A stretch of DNA of 64,000 bases from an uncultured virus (IMG/VR IMGVR_UViG_3300031335_000002) (lineage: Duplodnaviria > Heunggongvirae > Uroviricota > Caudoviricetes), in the IMG/VR virus record IMGVR_UViG_3300031335_000002. One strand, written 5' to 3'. How positions within the stretch are numbered: position 1 is the stretch's first letter; each line of letters begins with the position of its first letter. Of the stretch, positions 1 to 9,062 are shown piece after piece. A program made the position numbers and the translations under genes. Below the pieces are notes generated by a model. The model was not told where the DNA came from and did no database searches. It saw only the letters and a program-made list of their open reading frames with translations.

Positions 1-69
1 TTGAGCGTTGGGTTGATGAACAGTTTATACACATGTTCAGGTGTTAGCTTTCAAAGCCCGTTTATTGCT

Positions 70-261
70 CTAAACCAGAGCAACAATAAATGCAACAATT
101 GGAAACTGTGCAATTATTGCAGTAAAAGCATAAGCTATTGGGGCTGCCCATACTGCGTTATAAACGGTTGCTCCAACAACAGTAGCAATTTTCATTGCAG
201 CAAAGTTGATCCCAAAAGAACCTAAGATCGCAACGAAACCAGAGATAGCAATAGCAAACAT
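70..261 (-). CDS. small hydrophobic membrane protein, copy 1
   Basis: 63 aa, almost entirely hydrophobic; GAAAGGG RBS-like sequence upstream; identical to 430..621. Confidence 0.7.
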   Translation of the reverse strand: MFAIAISGFVAILGSFGINFAAMKIATVVGATVYNAVWAAPIAYAFTAIIAQFPIVAFIVALV

Positions 262-297
262 AGTTGTGCCCTTTCATTGAGCGTTGGGTTGATGAAC

Positions 298-342
298 GAT
301 GAACTTTCGTTCATTATAGATGCTTCGTTTTTCTCACTTTTT
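298..342 (-). promoter_or_regulatory. class C promoter-like motif with hairpin (AAAACGAAGCATCTATA|ATGAACGAAAGTTCAT), copy 1
   Basis: Repeated at 658-702 and 1792-1836; always upstream of small ORFs; ends in CTATA like T7/SP6 promoters. Confidence 0.6.
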
Positions 343-429
343 AGTGGGCTTTTTAGCAACTTGAGCGTTGGGTTGATGAACAGTTTATACACATGTTCAG
401 GTGTTAGCTTTCAAAGCCCGTTTATTGCT

Positions 430-621
430 CTAAACCAGAGCAACAATAAATGCAACAATTGGAAACTGTGCAATTATTGCAGTAAAAGCATAAGCTATTG
501 GGGCTGCCCATACTGCGTTATAAACGGTTGCTCCAACAACAGTAGCAATTTTCATTGCAGCAAAGTTGATCCCAAAAGAACCTAAGATCGCAACGAAACC
601 AGAGATAGCAATAGCAAACAT
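430..621 (-). CDS. small hydrophobic membrane protein, copy 2
   Basis: Identical to 70..261. Confidence 0.7.
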   Translation of the reverse strand: MFAIAISGFVAILGSFGINFAAMKIATVVGATVYNAVWAAPIAYAFTAIIAQFPIVAFIVALV

Positions 622-657
622 AGTTGTGCCCTTTCATTGAGCGTTGGGTTGATGAAC

Positions 658-702
658 GATGAACTTTCGTTCATTATAGATGCTTCGTTTTTCTCACTTT
701 TT
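658..702 (-). promoter_or_regulatory. class C promoter-like motif, copy 2
   Basis: Identical to 298-342. Confidence 0.6.
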
Positions 703-826
703 TTCGTACGTTTTCCTACTTTGTTACCAAGTTTGTTCTTCTTTAACCACCGAATCGCACATGGGGCTTAAGCAGGGCGGATTGAGAAACACTTGCGGTG
801 GAGATTGAAGTAGACAGAAACGCGGG

Positions 827-1180
827 TCATGTGTCAAGTACCTCCGTGTTCAGGTTGTATTCGGTGGCAAGATAACGCATTTTGTTGATGAACTTCGGAA
901 GGAAGTCTTTGCCATCGTTGCAGTTATCATGGGTGCTCTGTAAGTCTTGGAAAAAGTCTATGTCTGCTTTGATGAAGTCGGGGACTTGTTTGGGGTTGGA
1001 TATAATTATGTCCATGATGGACCCATAGCCGTCCCATTTTTTGGGATCTTCTCCATCTGGGATGAATGGACGTATTGCACATCCTGACCCGCTGTAAGTA
1101 CAGCTTATACTATCGGCGCTTTTCTTGCCTGTGGAAATCAAGTGCCGAGCAGCTTTGTCAAAGGCTTCTTGACGTGTCAT
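827..1180 (-). CDS. hypothetical phage protein
   Basis: 117 aa ORF with GAGGAG RBS. Confidence 0.75.
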   Translation of the reverse strand: MTRQEAFDKAARHLISTGKKSADSISCTYSGSGCAIRPFIPDGEDPKKWDGYGSIMDIIISNPKQVPDFIKADIDFFQDLQSTHDNCNDGKDFLPKFINKMRYLATEYNLNTEVLDT

Positions 1181-1230
1181 TTAAAGTACTCCTCAGAGTT
1201 GGCTTCGATGTAATTGGCGGTCCAGAATAG

Positions 1231-1476
1231 TTACTTTTCCTTGGTTATAGTGATACCTATTTTTTCCCCCTGATAAATGAATCTCTTAATCTCTTCATTA
1301 GGGAAGTGCCTTAATTTTTGAACAGAAACTACCCCGTCATAGTAGAACACAACAACCTCGGTGGGATCATCAGTGTAGAGTGCAATACACTCTTCTTCTG
1401 GTTTGTCTTTCATATGGAAGTAAAAGCCAACAGGTTCTTTAAGTTCCGGTATGACTTCTTTATCGAGTATCAACAT
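1231..1476 (-). CDS. hypothetical protein
   Basis: 81 aa ORF with AAGGA RBS. Confidence 0.7.
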   Translation of the reverse strand: MLILDKEVIPELKEPVGFYFHMKDKPEEECIALYTDDPTEVVVFYYDGVVSVQKLRHFPNEEIKRFIYQGEKIGITITKEK

Positions 1477-1498
1477 ATTGATCGTTCCTTTTTGGGGG

Positions 1499-1756
1499 TT
1501 ATAGTTCAGATGGGTCGGTTATGATCTTTGTTGAGTTTGGATCATGTATGGGGTATCGGGATCCTCCTTTGTTTTCTCCTATTACAGTGTGATTGTTGTG
1601 TGCCGCCCATTGAAGAAATGATACGTAGATACCAGAGCCAGCTGGTATATTAAACACTGCTACCTTATCTTCTCCGTAGTTTCCTTCAATGTCTTTAAAA
1701 ACATGAAACTCTGTTTCGCCCTTTAGCTTAATAGCCCTAAGTATAAATAGGCTCAT
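1499..1756 (-). CDS. hypothetical protein
   Basis: 85 aa ORF directly downstream of class C motif copy 3. Confidence 0.7.
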   Translation of the reverse strand: MSLFILRAIKLKGETEFHVFKDIEGNYGEDKVAVFNIPAGSGIYVSFLQWAAHNNHTVIGENKGGSRYPIHDPNSTKIITDPSEL

Positions 1757-1791
1757 TTTTTATCACTTTCCTTGTGTTTGGGTTTTCGGAG

Positions 1792-1836
1792 GATGAACTT
1801 TCGTTCATTATAGATGCTTTGTTTTTCTCACTTTTT
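1792..1836 (-). promoter_or_regulatory. class C promoter-like motif, copy 3
   Basis: One substitution relative to 298-342; similarity continues to about 1854 versus 360. Confidence 0.6.
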
Positions 1837-2148
1837 AACGGGCTTTTTAGCAGCCCAACTAGACCTATTTTTCAGATTGTCTGATCTAGTCGCCTGCCTA
1901 AGGTTAGAGGGTTTGTTGTTCGATCTGTTTCTATCCTTATGATCAACATCACCAGATCTTATCTTCTTACCTGTAGTGATTTCTTTTACAATACGATGTT
2001 CATACACAGCCTTCCCGTCAATCCTTACAGTCCTATAACCATCACCATGATCAGTGCCCGCTCTTGCCCCTGCTCTGGCCCTACCAACACTCTTTTGATG
2101 GTATAGTTTTCCCCCCTTTAGGTTAAACTTTTCTTTCCATTTTTTCAT
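1828..2148 (-). CDS. HNH endonuclease (HNH_3-like)
   Basis: Motif YEHRIV...DVDHKDRNRSNNKPSNLR; start placed at ATG 2148 (ORF track extends to 2181). Confidence 0.85.
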   Translation of the reverse strand: MKKWKEKFNLKGGKLYHQKSVGRARAGARAGTDHGDGYRTVRIDGKAVYEHRIVKEITTGKKIRSGDVDHKDRNRSNNKPSNLRQATRSDNLKNRSSWAAKKPVKK

Positions 2149-2175
2149 ATTATACAAAACCTTTCTGATAAAATA

Positions 2176-2202
2176 GGCCACCCCTCGAAGTGAGAGATGA
2201 CC
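2176..2202 (-). terminator. GC hairpin after tape measure gene (terminator or processing site)
   Basis: GGTCATCTCTC-ACTTC-GAGGGGTGGCC followed by TATTTT; near-identical stem at 47696-47722. Confidence 0.55.
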
Positions 2203-2217
2203 TTAGTTTGGATTATC

Positions 2218-5200
2218 TTAGTATACGCCAACTTCCCTGTTGTAGGACCCTACTCCACCGGCAATGTCTGGGATCATTGTAAGAACCTCTTTACGAGTTT
2301 GACGAGAGATGTCACCAGTGATGTTGATGTTAAACACCTGAGTATCCTTTGACTCTGTGGATCTATTATTAGTTCTAGCATCTTGGGTAGTTGTAACAAT
2401 CTCACCCGGTTTCAGTAAGGCAGGGACCGAGTCCTTACCTACCTGAGCACCCGGGATAAGAGGAACAGTACCACCACGGTCAGCTCCAAATCCAAATAAA
2501 CTAAAAGCACTAGAAAGTATACCTGATAGACCACCTCCTCCACCGAGTCCACCGAGAATATCAAACAGGCTAGAGGTAATTCCATCAAAGAATTCTTTTA
2601 TACCTGCAGTCTCAATTAAGGATGTAACAAATGCGTCAATGAAGGTGTCAACAACAGTTGAGGAGAATTTATCAGCAAAAGCCATAATACCACCTTCAAG
2701 ATCACCCTCTTTGAAGACCTTTCCTAGACCCTCTCTCAGACCGTCTCTAAGCCCATCAGATAGCCTCTGAGAAGTAGACAGCATAGAGTCGAGTCTAGCT
2801 TGAGCGCTAGAAAGCTCATTGTTAGCTCTCGCAATCTCTTCCGTATTATTAGCGCTTATGAGACCACGCTCACGAATGATACGGTTGATCTCTCTTTGGA
2901 GTTCTATTGCTCCAGCGCCACCACCAAGCACTTCAGGGCTAAACCCTGCGGCCTCTGCTGAGTTAACATTACCATTAGACAGGATTTTCTCTATTTCAGC
3001 TTCCTGATTCCTGATAATATCAAGCTGTTGTTTACGAAGGCCAACATTGGTAAGAGCAGAGTTGTTAATACGCTTTTCTGCTGCTTCGATCTTCTTGAGC
3101 GAAGAGAAGAGTGAGTTAGTTTCTCCACCAGTTAGGCCGACTAATCCTTCTATTGTTAGACCAATATCACTTAGCAGTCTTTGAATAGGAGTATTGGTAG
3201 TACCACCGCCACCACCACCGCCATTGCTAGTATTCAGACCCCCACTAGAGATAGCATCGGAAAGAGCCTTCCCTCTTGCCTTTAACTTTTCGATTACTTT
3301 GTCAATAGTTGTATCATCAACTTCGCCACCTGCTGCAAGAGTATCGCGAGCAAATGCAGCTGACAAGAACCCAGAAGCGATTTTACCAAGATTAGAAATA
3401 AGGCTATCCGGAGCATTAAGAAGTTTATCAGCATCAATTGAGATACCTTTTAGGGCAAGAGCAGAATTAATAACTTCAATGATCTGATCACGAGTAGCTT
3501 CGCCCTTAGCAAGGTCTTCTGAGAACAACTGGATATTAGCGGATTGAGAAAGCAGGCCAAGTATTTTACTAAGCTCAGCCTCATCTTGCTTAAGATTTGC
3601 AAACAGTCTAGCATTCTCATTAGTCACAACCGGCAGAGCACCAATTGCTTCCATTTGCTCTCTAACGTTCTCAAGCTCAGTTAGAGTTGATGAGATATCA
3701 GAGAACCCACCAAGGCTGATCTTAGTTGTCTCTATGCCTTCTTGGATACCAAAACTAGTGGCATCACTAGCAATCTGAGCGATCTTAGCGGGATCAATAA
3801 TATCACCGACTTCGTCCGCTAGTCTTGTAAAGTTTGCTTGAGCAGATCCATCTCGTAGTGCACTTGTAATAGTCTGTTCTAGGCTTGTTTCGGCCTCAGC
3901 CAAGAAGGATCTAGCTCTAGCAACATCACCATCGGTAGCGTCTCCAGCTTGTCTTCTAGCAAGGGTATCTTCTAGATTTCCTCTTCCCGCTAGAGCAGAT
4001 GAGAACGCATCAGAGATAAGCTTAGACTCTGAAGTAGAAATTAGAGATCTGTTACCAAGAGTATTTAGGCTCTGGTCCTCAAGTGCTCTTACAGCATTCT
4101 CAAAGTTTTCAGTTGCTCTTTGTCTAGCAACAAGCTCAGGGTTCCTACGAGCGGCTTCATCAAAGTTTGAACGAGCATCTCTAACATTACGATCCCTAAT
4201 AAGCTCAAGAATAGGGTTAGTAGTATTACTCTTCAGCGGGTTAAGTGTCGCATTACCAAATCGTTCTTCCGAAAGGGCAACAATCAGTTCATTGATAGAG
4301 TTGGTAAACTCTGTTGAGAACTCAGAAGGGTCTCTGTTGGCAATACCACCTAGGAGGGCGGCAGTATCTTCTCCAAACAGAGATTCTATTTGCTCCGGTG
4401 TTTGGTTTATCTGAAGGGCAGAAGCAAATCTAGTTAGACCTTCCGCTGTAACAGGTCCTTCCCCAAGTGTCTCTGCAATGTTAGCAAGAATGTCACTTTG
4501 TTTAGAGAAGTCTGATTGTTCCCCACCAAGGAATACGGTAATATCGCTAAGAAGATTTCTGAAATCAGCGAAGCCCGGTCTATTTTGAACACTTAGAGCT
4601 GCGGCAACCCCTGTATCTCTGTTAGCTGCCTCATCTGCTGCTTTATCAATAGCGGCAGTAGTTCTTTCTTGAGCGGCCTCAAGACGGCTTGTAGTCTCTG
4701 CTGTAGCACTACCATAAGTTAGAATTTCTTGGTTGTACTTGATCTGGATAGCCTCAAGACTATTAACAGAGTCAATGATCTTACCTGCTGAAACATCACT
4801 AAGAGCTTGGAAGTTAAGAGTTTCAATACTCTCTTTGTTTCTTCTATTCTCAAATGCATTACGACCAAATTGACCGCGAGCAGCAATGGTACGAGACGTA
4901 GAACGAACATCAACCGCATTAGAAACTGTAGCTTCGTTTAAGAGGCCAAGCTTACGTCTAGCGTAGTTTATTTGGCTATCAAACTTTCCCCTGAAGGTAT
5001 CTCCTTCACCAAAGATAAGTGTATAGGCAATACCGCCAACTACAACTGCAGCTGTAATAGTGGCAATAATCTTAAATGCTAAGGTAGCAATCACACCTTT
5101 AAGAAGAGTAGGAATAGCTAAGAGCGCCCGGCTAAGTAACCCAAGGATAGCAGAACCAAAGCTTTTGGCTGTATCAATAGCAAGACCAAGACCAAGTTTT

Positions 5201-7662
5201 CTTCCAGCAAGACCTACCGCCTGCTCTACAATACCTGAACCGACAACAAGAGCAGCAATAGACGCAGCAACAATGGTAGCGACCCCGTTTGCTCCATCGC
5301 CAGAACCGGCAGAAGCCATACCTGCACCGGCAACAAGAGCAGCAATAGACGCAGCACCAACCCTACCGAAAGAACCCATACTACGAGTAGCGCGCCTTAG
5401 TGAGGTAGGAAGACTAGAGAAGATAGCTTGCATCCTAGCTAGTGCTGGAGCTGCAAGGTTCTGTACGATACCACCCATAGCGGCAATAGCAGGAATAGCG
5501 TTTGTACGAACAGCATTACCAAATGCGTTAACTTTTGCTTTAATATTATTTTTACTAAAGGCATCAAAGAAGGGTTGGAACACTGGGTTAAGTACAGTAC
5601 CCCCACCGCGTCCTCGACGGCTAGAACCACGGCCTGCTCTCTGGCCCCGAGGAGTACCAAGAGAAAGGAGACCAACAATTCTACTTTTAAGAGTCCTACG
5701 TTGGGATACACCTAAGAGACCATCAACAAAGGTTTGACCTAGGGCTGCAGCCGCTAAGATACCTTTAAAGGTCTTAGGAAACAGTAAAGCAAAAGAAGCG
5801 ATAAATGCTATAGACCCTGCAATACCTGCTTCCTTGAACAGACCTATAAGGCCTGCACCCAGAGCGGACACAAGTCCAGAGATGATAGCAGGAAGCGCTG
5901 TCACAATTTGTTTGATAGCTTCCCCAATTACCTCACCTACCATCGAACCAAAGGCAGCAAAGACCTTTGGTGATCCTACGGCTTCAACAAGATTAGCAAC
6001 AAGAACCGCTAGGAACGCTGGGCCAATTTTATTAGCAATTTTGCTAAAGGCTGCAGCGATAGTCCCTGTACTAAAGACAAAGGTAAACGCTGCTAGGATA
6101 GCTGTAGTAAAGGTTTTTCTAATCTCAGGGGCAAGACTTCTGATTGCATCGACACCTCTAGAGAATCCCCCAGAAACAGCATCGATAATAGTTTGCCTGA
6201 TCGATTGAATACTTTGAGCGGTGGCAGTTAGGTCAATATCAAAGTTTAACCTCCCCCGACCAGCGCTGTAGATAGCTTTAAAGGCACTAGTAACGTCATT
6301 AGCGAATGATTTTACTTTATTGAGAACAACCGGGAGATATTTATCTGCTAGGTTGGCAATACCCTCCATTGTATCTGTCCAGTAAGAATTACCAACAACT
6401 TTCTCATAGATATTAAAGAAGAATTCAATTACGTCTGAAGCAAAGTCTCTCACAACTCTAGCTGCATCACCTAGGTAAATAACAGCGAAGTCTCTAACAT
6501 TTCTGAAAGTTCGTTCTAAGAACTGGAATGCGGAGGTATCACTTAGTCTGTTGAATTGGTCCTTTATAAAGTCTATTGAGCTACCAAAGTTGTTTTCTAT
6601 GATATCAGAGATGGTTCTCATAGACACTCTGGCAGCATCTATCATACCTTTATAAATGCCTTCTAGTCCTTCTAGTCCTTCATACAGGCTAGAGATATCA
6701 AAAGAAGACAGAGACTTTTTCATTACCCCTAAACCAGAAACAAAGTCTTTAACAACCCTACCGATTATCTTTGGGATCTCTGCTAGTCTATTTCTCCATT
6801 CTACTACGGAAGCAACAATAGATTCTCTGTTACCAGCAATAGCATTTGTTAACCTAGAAATTTTATTTGTAAATGAACTAGTAATTCCTAGCGCTTTAGA
6901 TAGTTCAGCAGTAAGTCTACCTACTTGGTCCCCGAGAAGAACAAATGCTTTACCAGAAGTAAGCTCAATGTTCTCAAACTCTTTAGCGACAGCCTCAGAC
7001 TGCCCAAGCAGGGCCGAGAATACAACATCAGAAGTCAGCTTACCATCAGCCGCAAGACCACGAAGCGCGCCGCGAGCTACACCCATGTTATCCGCGATGG
7101 CCGTAGCGACACGAGGTAGCTGCTCTAGCACCGAGTTAAGCTCTTCACCCCTCAGTGTACCAGCAGACAGACCCTGCCCTAGCTGTACCAGAGCAGCCCT
7201 CTGTGACTCTACAGAACCACCAGAGATAGCAGCGGCTTGGTTTAGCGTGATAATAGACTTATTAATGTCCTGAATTGACCTGCCAGTACCCTTTAGGGAT
7301 TGTCCCATACGGTTAAAGGCTTGGGCGGTGGATTGTACAGGGGCTTTAGTCTGTAAAGAAATCCTGTAGATCGTATCCATCTGTTTAGCTAGTTCTTCAC
7401 CACGACCAACAACCAGAGCAACTTGGTTCTCCATGTCAACAAAGTTATCTGTTGCCCGGTTAATACCTCTTGTAAGAGCTGTACCGGCGAATGCGGCAGC
7501 AATACCAGTGGCTAGCCTTGCAATGTTCTTTGTAGCACTAGCGGCGGTGTTTCCAACGCTCTTAAAGTCACCGTTTAGTCTACGGATATCTTGACGTGCT
7601 TTAGCAGTGTCAGCCGTAACGCGAATACGGACGCCGCGCCCCGGTCCTGTGGGTAATACCAT
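2218..7662 (-). CDS. tail tape measure protein
   Basis: 1814 aa, Ala/Gly/Leu-rich; N-terminal tape-measure motif LVQLGQGLSAGTLRGEELNSVLEQLP; C-terminal GKDSVPALLKPGEIV; follows tail chaperones. Confidence 0.95.
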   Translation of the reverse strand: MVLPTGPGRGVRIRVTADTAKARQDIRRLNGDFKSVGNTAASATKNIARLATGIAAAFAGTALTRGINRATDNFVDMENQVALVVGRGEELAKQMDTIYRISLQTKAPVQSTAQAFNRMGQSLKGTGRSIQDINKSIITLNQAAAISGGSVESQRAALVQLGQGLSAGTLRGEELNSVLEQLPRVATAIADNMGVARGALRGLAADGKLTSDVVFSALLGQSEAVAKEFENIELTSGKAFVLLGDQVGRLTAELSKALGITSSFTNKISRLTNAIAGNRESIVASVVEWRNRLAEIPKIIGRVVKDFVSGLGVMKKSLSSFDISSLYEGLEGLEGIYKGMIDAARVSMRTISDIIENNFGSSIDFIKDQFNRLSDTSAFQFLERTFRNVRDFAVIYLGDAARVVRDFASDVIEFFFNIYEKVVGNSYWTDTMEGIANLADKYLPVVLNKVKSFANDVTSAFKAIYSAGRGRLNFDIDLTATAQSIQSIRQTIIDAVSGGFSRGVDAIRSLAPEIRKTFTTAILAAFTFVFSTGTIAAAFSKIANKIGPAFLAVLVANLVEAVGSPKVFAAFGSMVGEVIGEAIKQIVTALPAIISGLVSALGAGLIGLFKEAGIAGSIAFIASFALLFPKTFKGILAAAALGQTFVDGLLGVSQRRTLKSRIVGLLSLGTPRGQRAGRGSSRRGRGGGTVLNPVFQPFFDAFSKNNIKAKVNAFGNAVRTNAIPAIAAMGGIVQNLAAPALARMQAIFSSLPTSLRRATRSMGSFGRVGAASIAALVAGAGMASAGSGDGANGVATIVAASIAALVVGSGIVEQAVGLAGRKLGLGLAIDTAKSFGSAILGLLSRALLAIPTLLKGVIATLAFKIIATITAAVVVGGIAYTLIFGEGDTFRGKFDSQINYARRKLGLLNEATVSNAVDVRSTSRTIAARGQFGRNAFENRRNKESIETLNFQALSDVSAGKIIDSVNSLEAIQIKYNQEILTYGSATAETTSRLEAAQERTTAAIDKAADEAANRDTGVAAALSVQNRPGFADFRNLLSDITVFLGGEQSDFSKQSDILANIAETLGEGPVTAEGLTRFASALQINQTPEQIESLFGEDTAALLGGIANRDPSEFSTEFTNSINELIVALSEERFGNATLNPLKSNTTNPILELIRDRNVRDARSNFDEAARRNPELVARQRATENFENAVRALEDQSLNTLGNRSLISTSESKLISDAFSSALAGRGNLEDTLARRQAGDATDGDVARARSFLAEAETSLEQTITSALRDGSAQANFTRLADEVGDIIDPAKIAQIASDATSFGIQEGIETTKISLGGFSDISSTLTELENVREQMEAIGALPVVTNENARLFANLKQDEAELSKILGLLSQSANIQLFSEDLAKGEATRDQIIEVINSALALKGISIDADKLLNAPDSLISNLGKIASGFLSAAFARDTLAAGGEVDDTTIDKVIEKLKARGKALSDAISSGGLNTSNGGGGGGGTTNTPIQRLLSDIGLTIEGLVGLTGGETNSLFSSLKKIEAAEKRINNSALTNVGLRKQQLDIIRNQEAEIEKILSNGNVNSAEAAGFSPEVLGGGAGAIELQREINRIIRERGLISANNTEEIARANNELSSAQARLDSMLSTSQRLSDGLRDGLREGLGKVFKEGDLEGGIMAFADKFSSTVVDTFIDAFVTSLIETAGIKEFFDGITSSLFDILGGLGGGGGLSGILSSAFSLFGFGADRGGTVPLIPGAQVGKDSVPALLKPGEIVTTTQDARTNNRSTESKDTQVFNINITGDISRQTRKEVLTMIPDIAGGVGSYNREVGVY

Positions 7663-7737
7663 TATCCTTCTCCTCTACGTTACGGATTAAATTGCCCTAG
7701 ACAGTCCCTAATAACAGGGGCCATCTAGGGCTTACAC

Positions 7738-8049
7738 TTAAATAAGTTTTGATGTTTGAAGAACTCTCTCGATAAAGAAAGCTGGGGCTTGTTTTGACCC
7801 GCCTTGGTTAAGATAGGTAATGTAAGGAGCATCGTTAGCAATTTGACCACCGATACGGAAAATAGACTTATTGTTTCTCCAACGAGAACGGGCAAAACCA
7901 GTGTCAACTGGGGTTACTTCTCGGAGAAGGTTGGTAGCAAAATCCATTCTTGCATTGACGTCGTCACTAGCAATCTCTTCAACCTCTAAGGCTGCTCTTC
8001 TCAACTCTCGATCGAAGTCCACTACTTCCATGCTCACTCCGAACACCAT
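7738..8049 (-). CDS. HK97 gp10-like tail completion protein
   Basis: Motifs TPVDTGFARSRW, NDAPYITYLNQG, SKQAPAFFIE. Confidence 0.8.
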   Translation of the reverse strand: MVFGVSMEVVDFDRELRRAALEVEEIASDDVNARMDFATNLLREVTPVDTGFARSRWRNNKSIFRIGGQIANDAPYITYLNQGGSKQAPAFFIERVLQTSKLI

Positions 8050-8419
8050 TGTTCTTTACTCCTCTTTGAATAAGGTCCTCAAGATTAAACTCTCCATCTC
8101 CACCTCTAGCTTTTCTCATATTGTCAAGCATCTTATTTTCAGGCATTACGCCTTCTCTGAATTCAGGCTTACGAGCCTTTTCTGAGTTAACAACAGCTCT
8201 AATGGTTGGGAATATTTCTTCAGGCTTCTTCTTTATTTCTGTCATAGAAGACATAATATAGTAAGTCCTCATATCCTCTGCATAACCGGGAGGTCTTGCT
8301 TTGAAGTAATAACACCAACCGACAAACTCTGAATAAGGCATGTCTATAATCTCAGAAATAGTTTTCTTCAGAAGAAAAGCGATTTCATAGACTTGGAGTT
8401 CTTCATCGGTTAGTTTCCC
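7979..8419 (-). CDS. tail assembly chaperone, -1 frameshift extension (gpT-like)
   Basis: The -1 frame is open from the slippery GGGAAAC (8419-8413) through the 7979..8341 ORF (LTDEELQVYEIAFLLKKTISEIIDMPYSEFVGW...). Confidence 0.8.
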   Translation of the reverse strand, partial: GKLTDEELQVYEIAFLLKKTISEIIDMPYSEFVGWCYYFKARPPGYAEDMRTYYIMSSMTEIKKKPEEIFPTIRAVVNSEKARKPEFREGVMPENKMLDNMRKARGGDGEFNLEDLIQRGVKNNGVRSEHGSSGLRSRVEKSSLRG

Positions 8420-8769
8420 ATAGGGGTTTCTCCATCAACATCACTATCAGGGTCAACCTCTACAGCATCAGTACTTAGACCGATGTAGTTAAGGACTTCT
8501 GTTGCTAGGTTATTAAGTTCATCAGGTGGGAAAGACTGGTAGTCTTCAACACTTAGCTCTTGCGCGCCAATTACACCAGCACCAATAACAATACGAAGCA
8601 GCTCCATACTATCCACTTCCTCGTTCTTCTTAGACTTTGGCTTAGTCTGGACTGCTTTAATCTGTTTCTGTAGTTCAATAATCTGACCGAACGTCAGTTT
8701 ACGAATGCTTACTTTTTCTTCCATAAAGTCAACTTCTTTAGTGACTTCCTTACCAACTAGATGTTTCAT
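8410..8769 (-). CDS. tail assembly chaperone (gpG-like)
   Basis: Lies between tail tube and tape measure; ends ATG GGA AAC TAA. Confidence 0.8.
   Translation of the reverse strand: MKHLVGKEVTKEVDFMEEKVSIRKLTFGQIIELQKQIKAVQTKPKSKKNEEVDSMELLRIVIGAGVIGAQELSVEDYQSFPPDELNNLATEVLNYIGLSTDAVEVDPDSDVDGETPMGN
8413..8419 (-). other. programmed -1 ribosomal frameshift site G GGA AAC
   Basis: XXXYYYZ heptamer immediately before the gpG stop; downstream -1 frame is open. Confidence 0.8.
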
Positions 8770-8980
8770 CTTTGGTGAACCTTTCTCTATACTCTTTTAA
8801 AAACTTACGGAGTTTGAACAACTCACTAATTGTTTCTAATACTTCCTGACCTTCTTCTGGGGTCAACTGTTCCATACGCTGGGCGGTCTTATCTAGACTG
8901 ATATCAACAGCACGAATCATATGTTTAGCAGTTACATCTAGGACGTAGTTTTTACTGAATCTAAACTTTTTTTCGTTCAT
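8750..8980 (-). CDS. hypothetical protein
   Basis: 76 aa, GAGGAAG RBS, first gene after class A promoter at 9025. Confidence 0.7.
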   Translation of the reverse strand: MNEKKFRFSKNYVLDVTAKHMIRAVDISLDKTAQRMEQLTPEEGQEVLETISELFKLRKFLKEYRERFTKDETSSW

Positions 8981-9024
8981 AACTTCCTCTAACTTGATTG
9001 AAGAGACCCCCGAAGGGGCCTCCT

Positions 9025-9042
9025 CTTTAACGTCACCTAATT
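9025..9042 (-). promoter_or_regulatory. class A SP6-like phage RNAP promoter (AATTAGGTGACGTTAAA|G)
   Basis: Resembles SP6 ATTTAGGTGACACTATA|G; repeated across the window; followed by a UUCG-loop hairpin (about 9003-9022). Confidence 0.8.
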
Positions 9043-9062
9043 AACTATTAAAAATCAATAAA

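Larger units (their letters stand above)
1..702. repeat. 360-bp-period exact tandem repeat (1-342 = 361-702); may extend beyond the window start
   Basis: Lines 1-342 and 361-702 are identical. The 21-mer TTGAGCGTTGGGTTGATGAAC occurs at 1, 278, 361 and 638. Confidence 0.97.

Noticed and set aside
298..342. Ordinary sigma70 promoter (TATAAT)
   Set aside because: No TTGACA-like hexamer 16-18 bp upstream and no extended -10 TG; kept as an unassigned promoter-like motif
741..758. Additional phage promoter (GCGATTCGGTGGTTAAA|GAAGAA)
   Set aside because: Only the initiation half matches; the binding region fits neither class A nor class B
2819..7273. Plus-strand ORFs here and throughout the window
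   Set aside because: Antisense shadows of well-supported minus-strand genes, with no RBS or recognisable motifs
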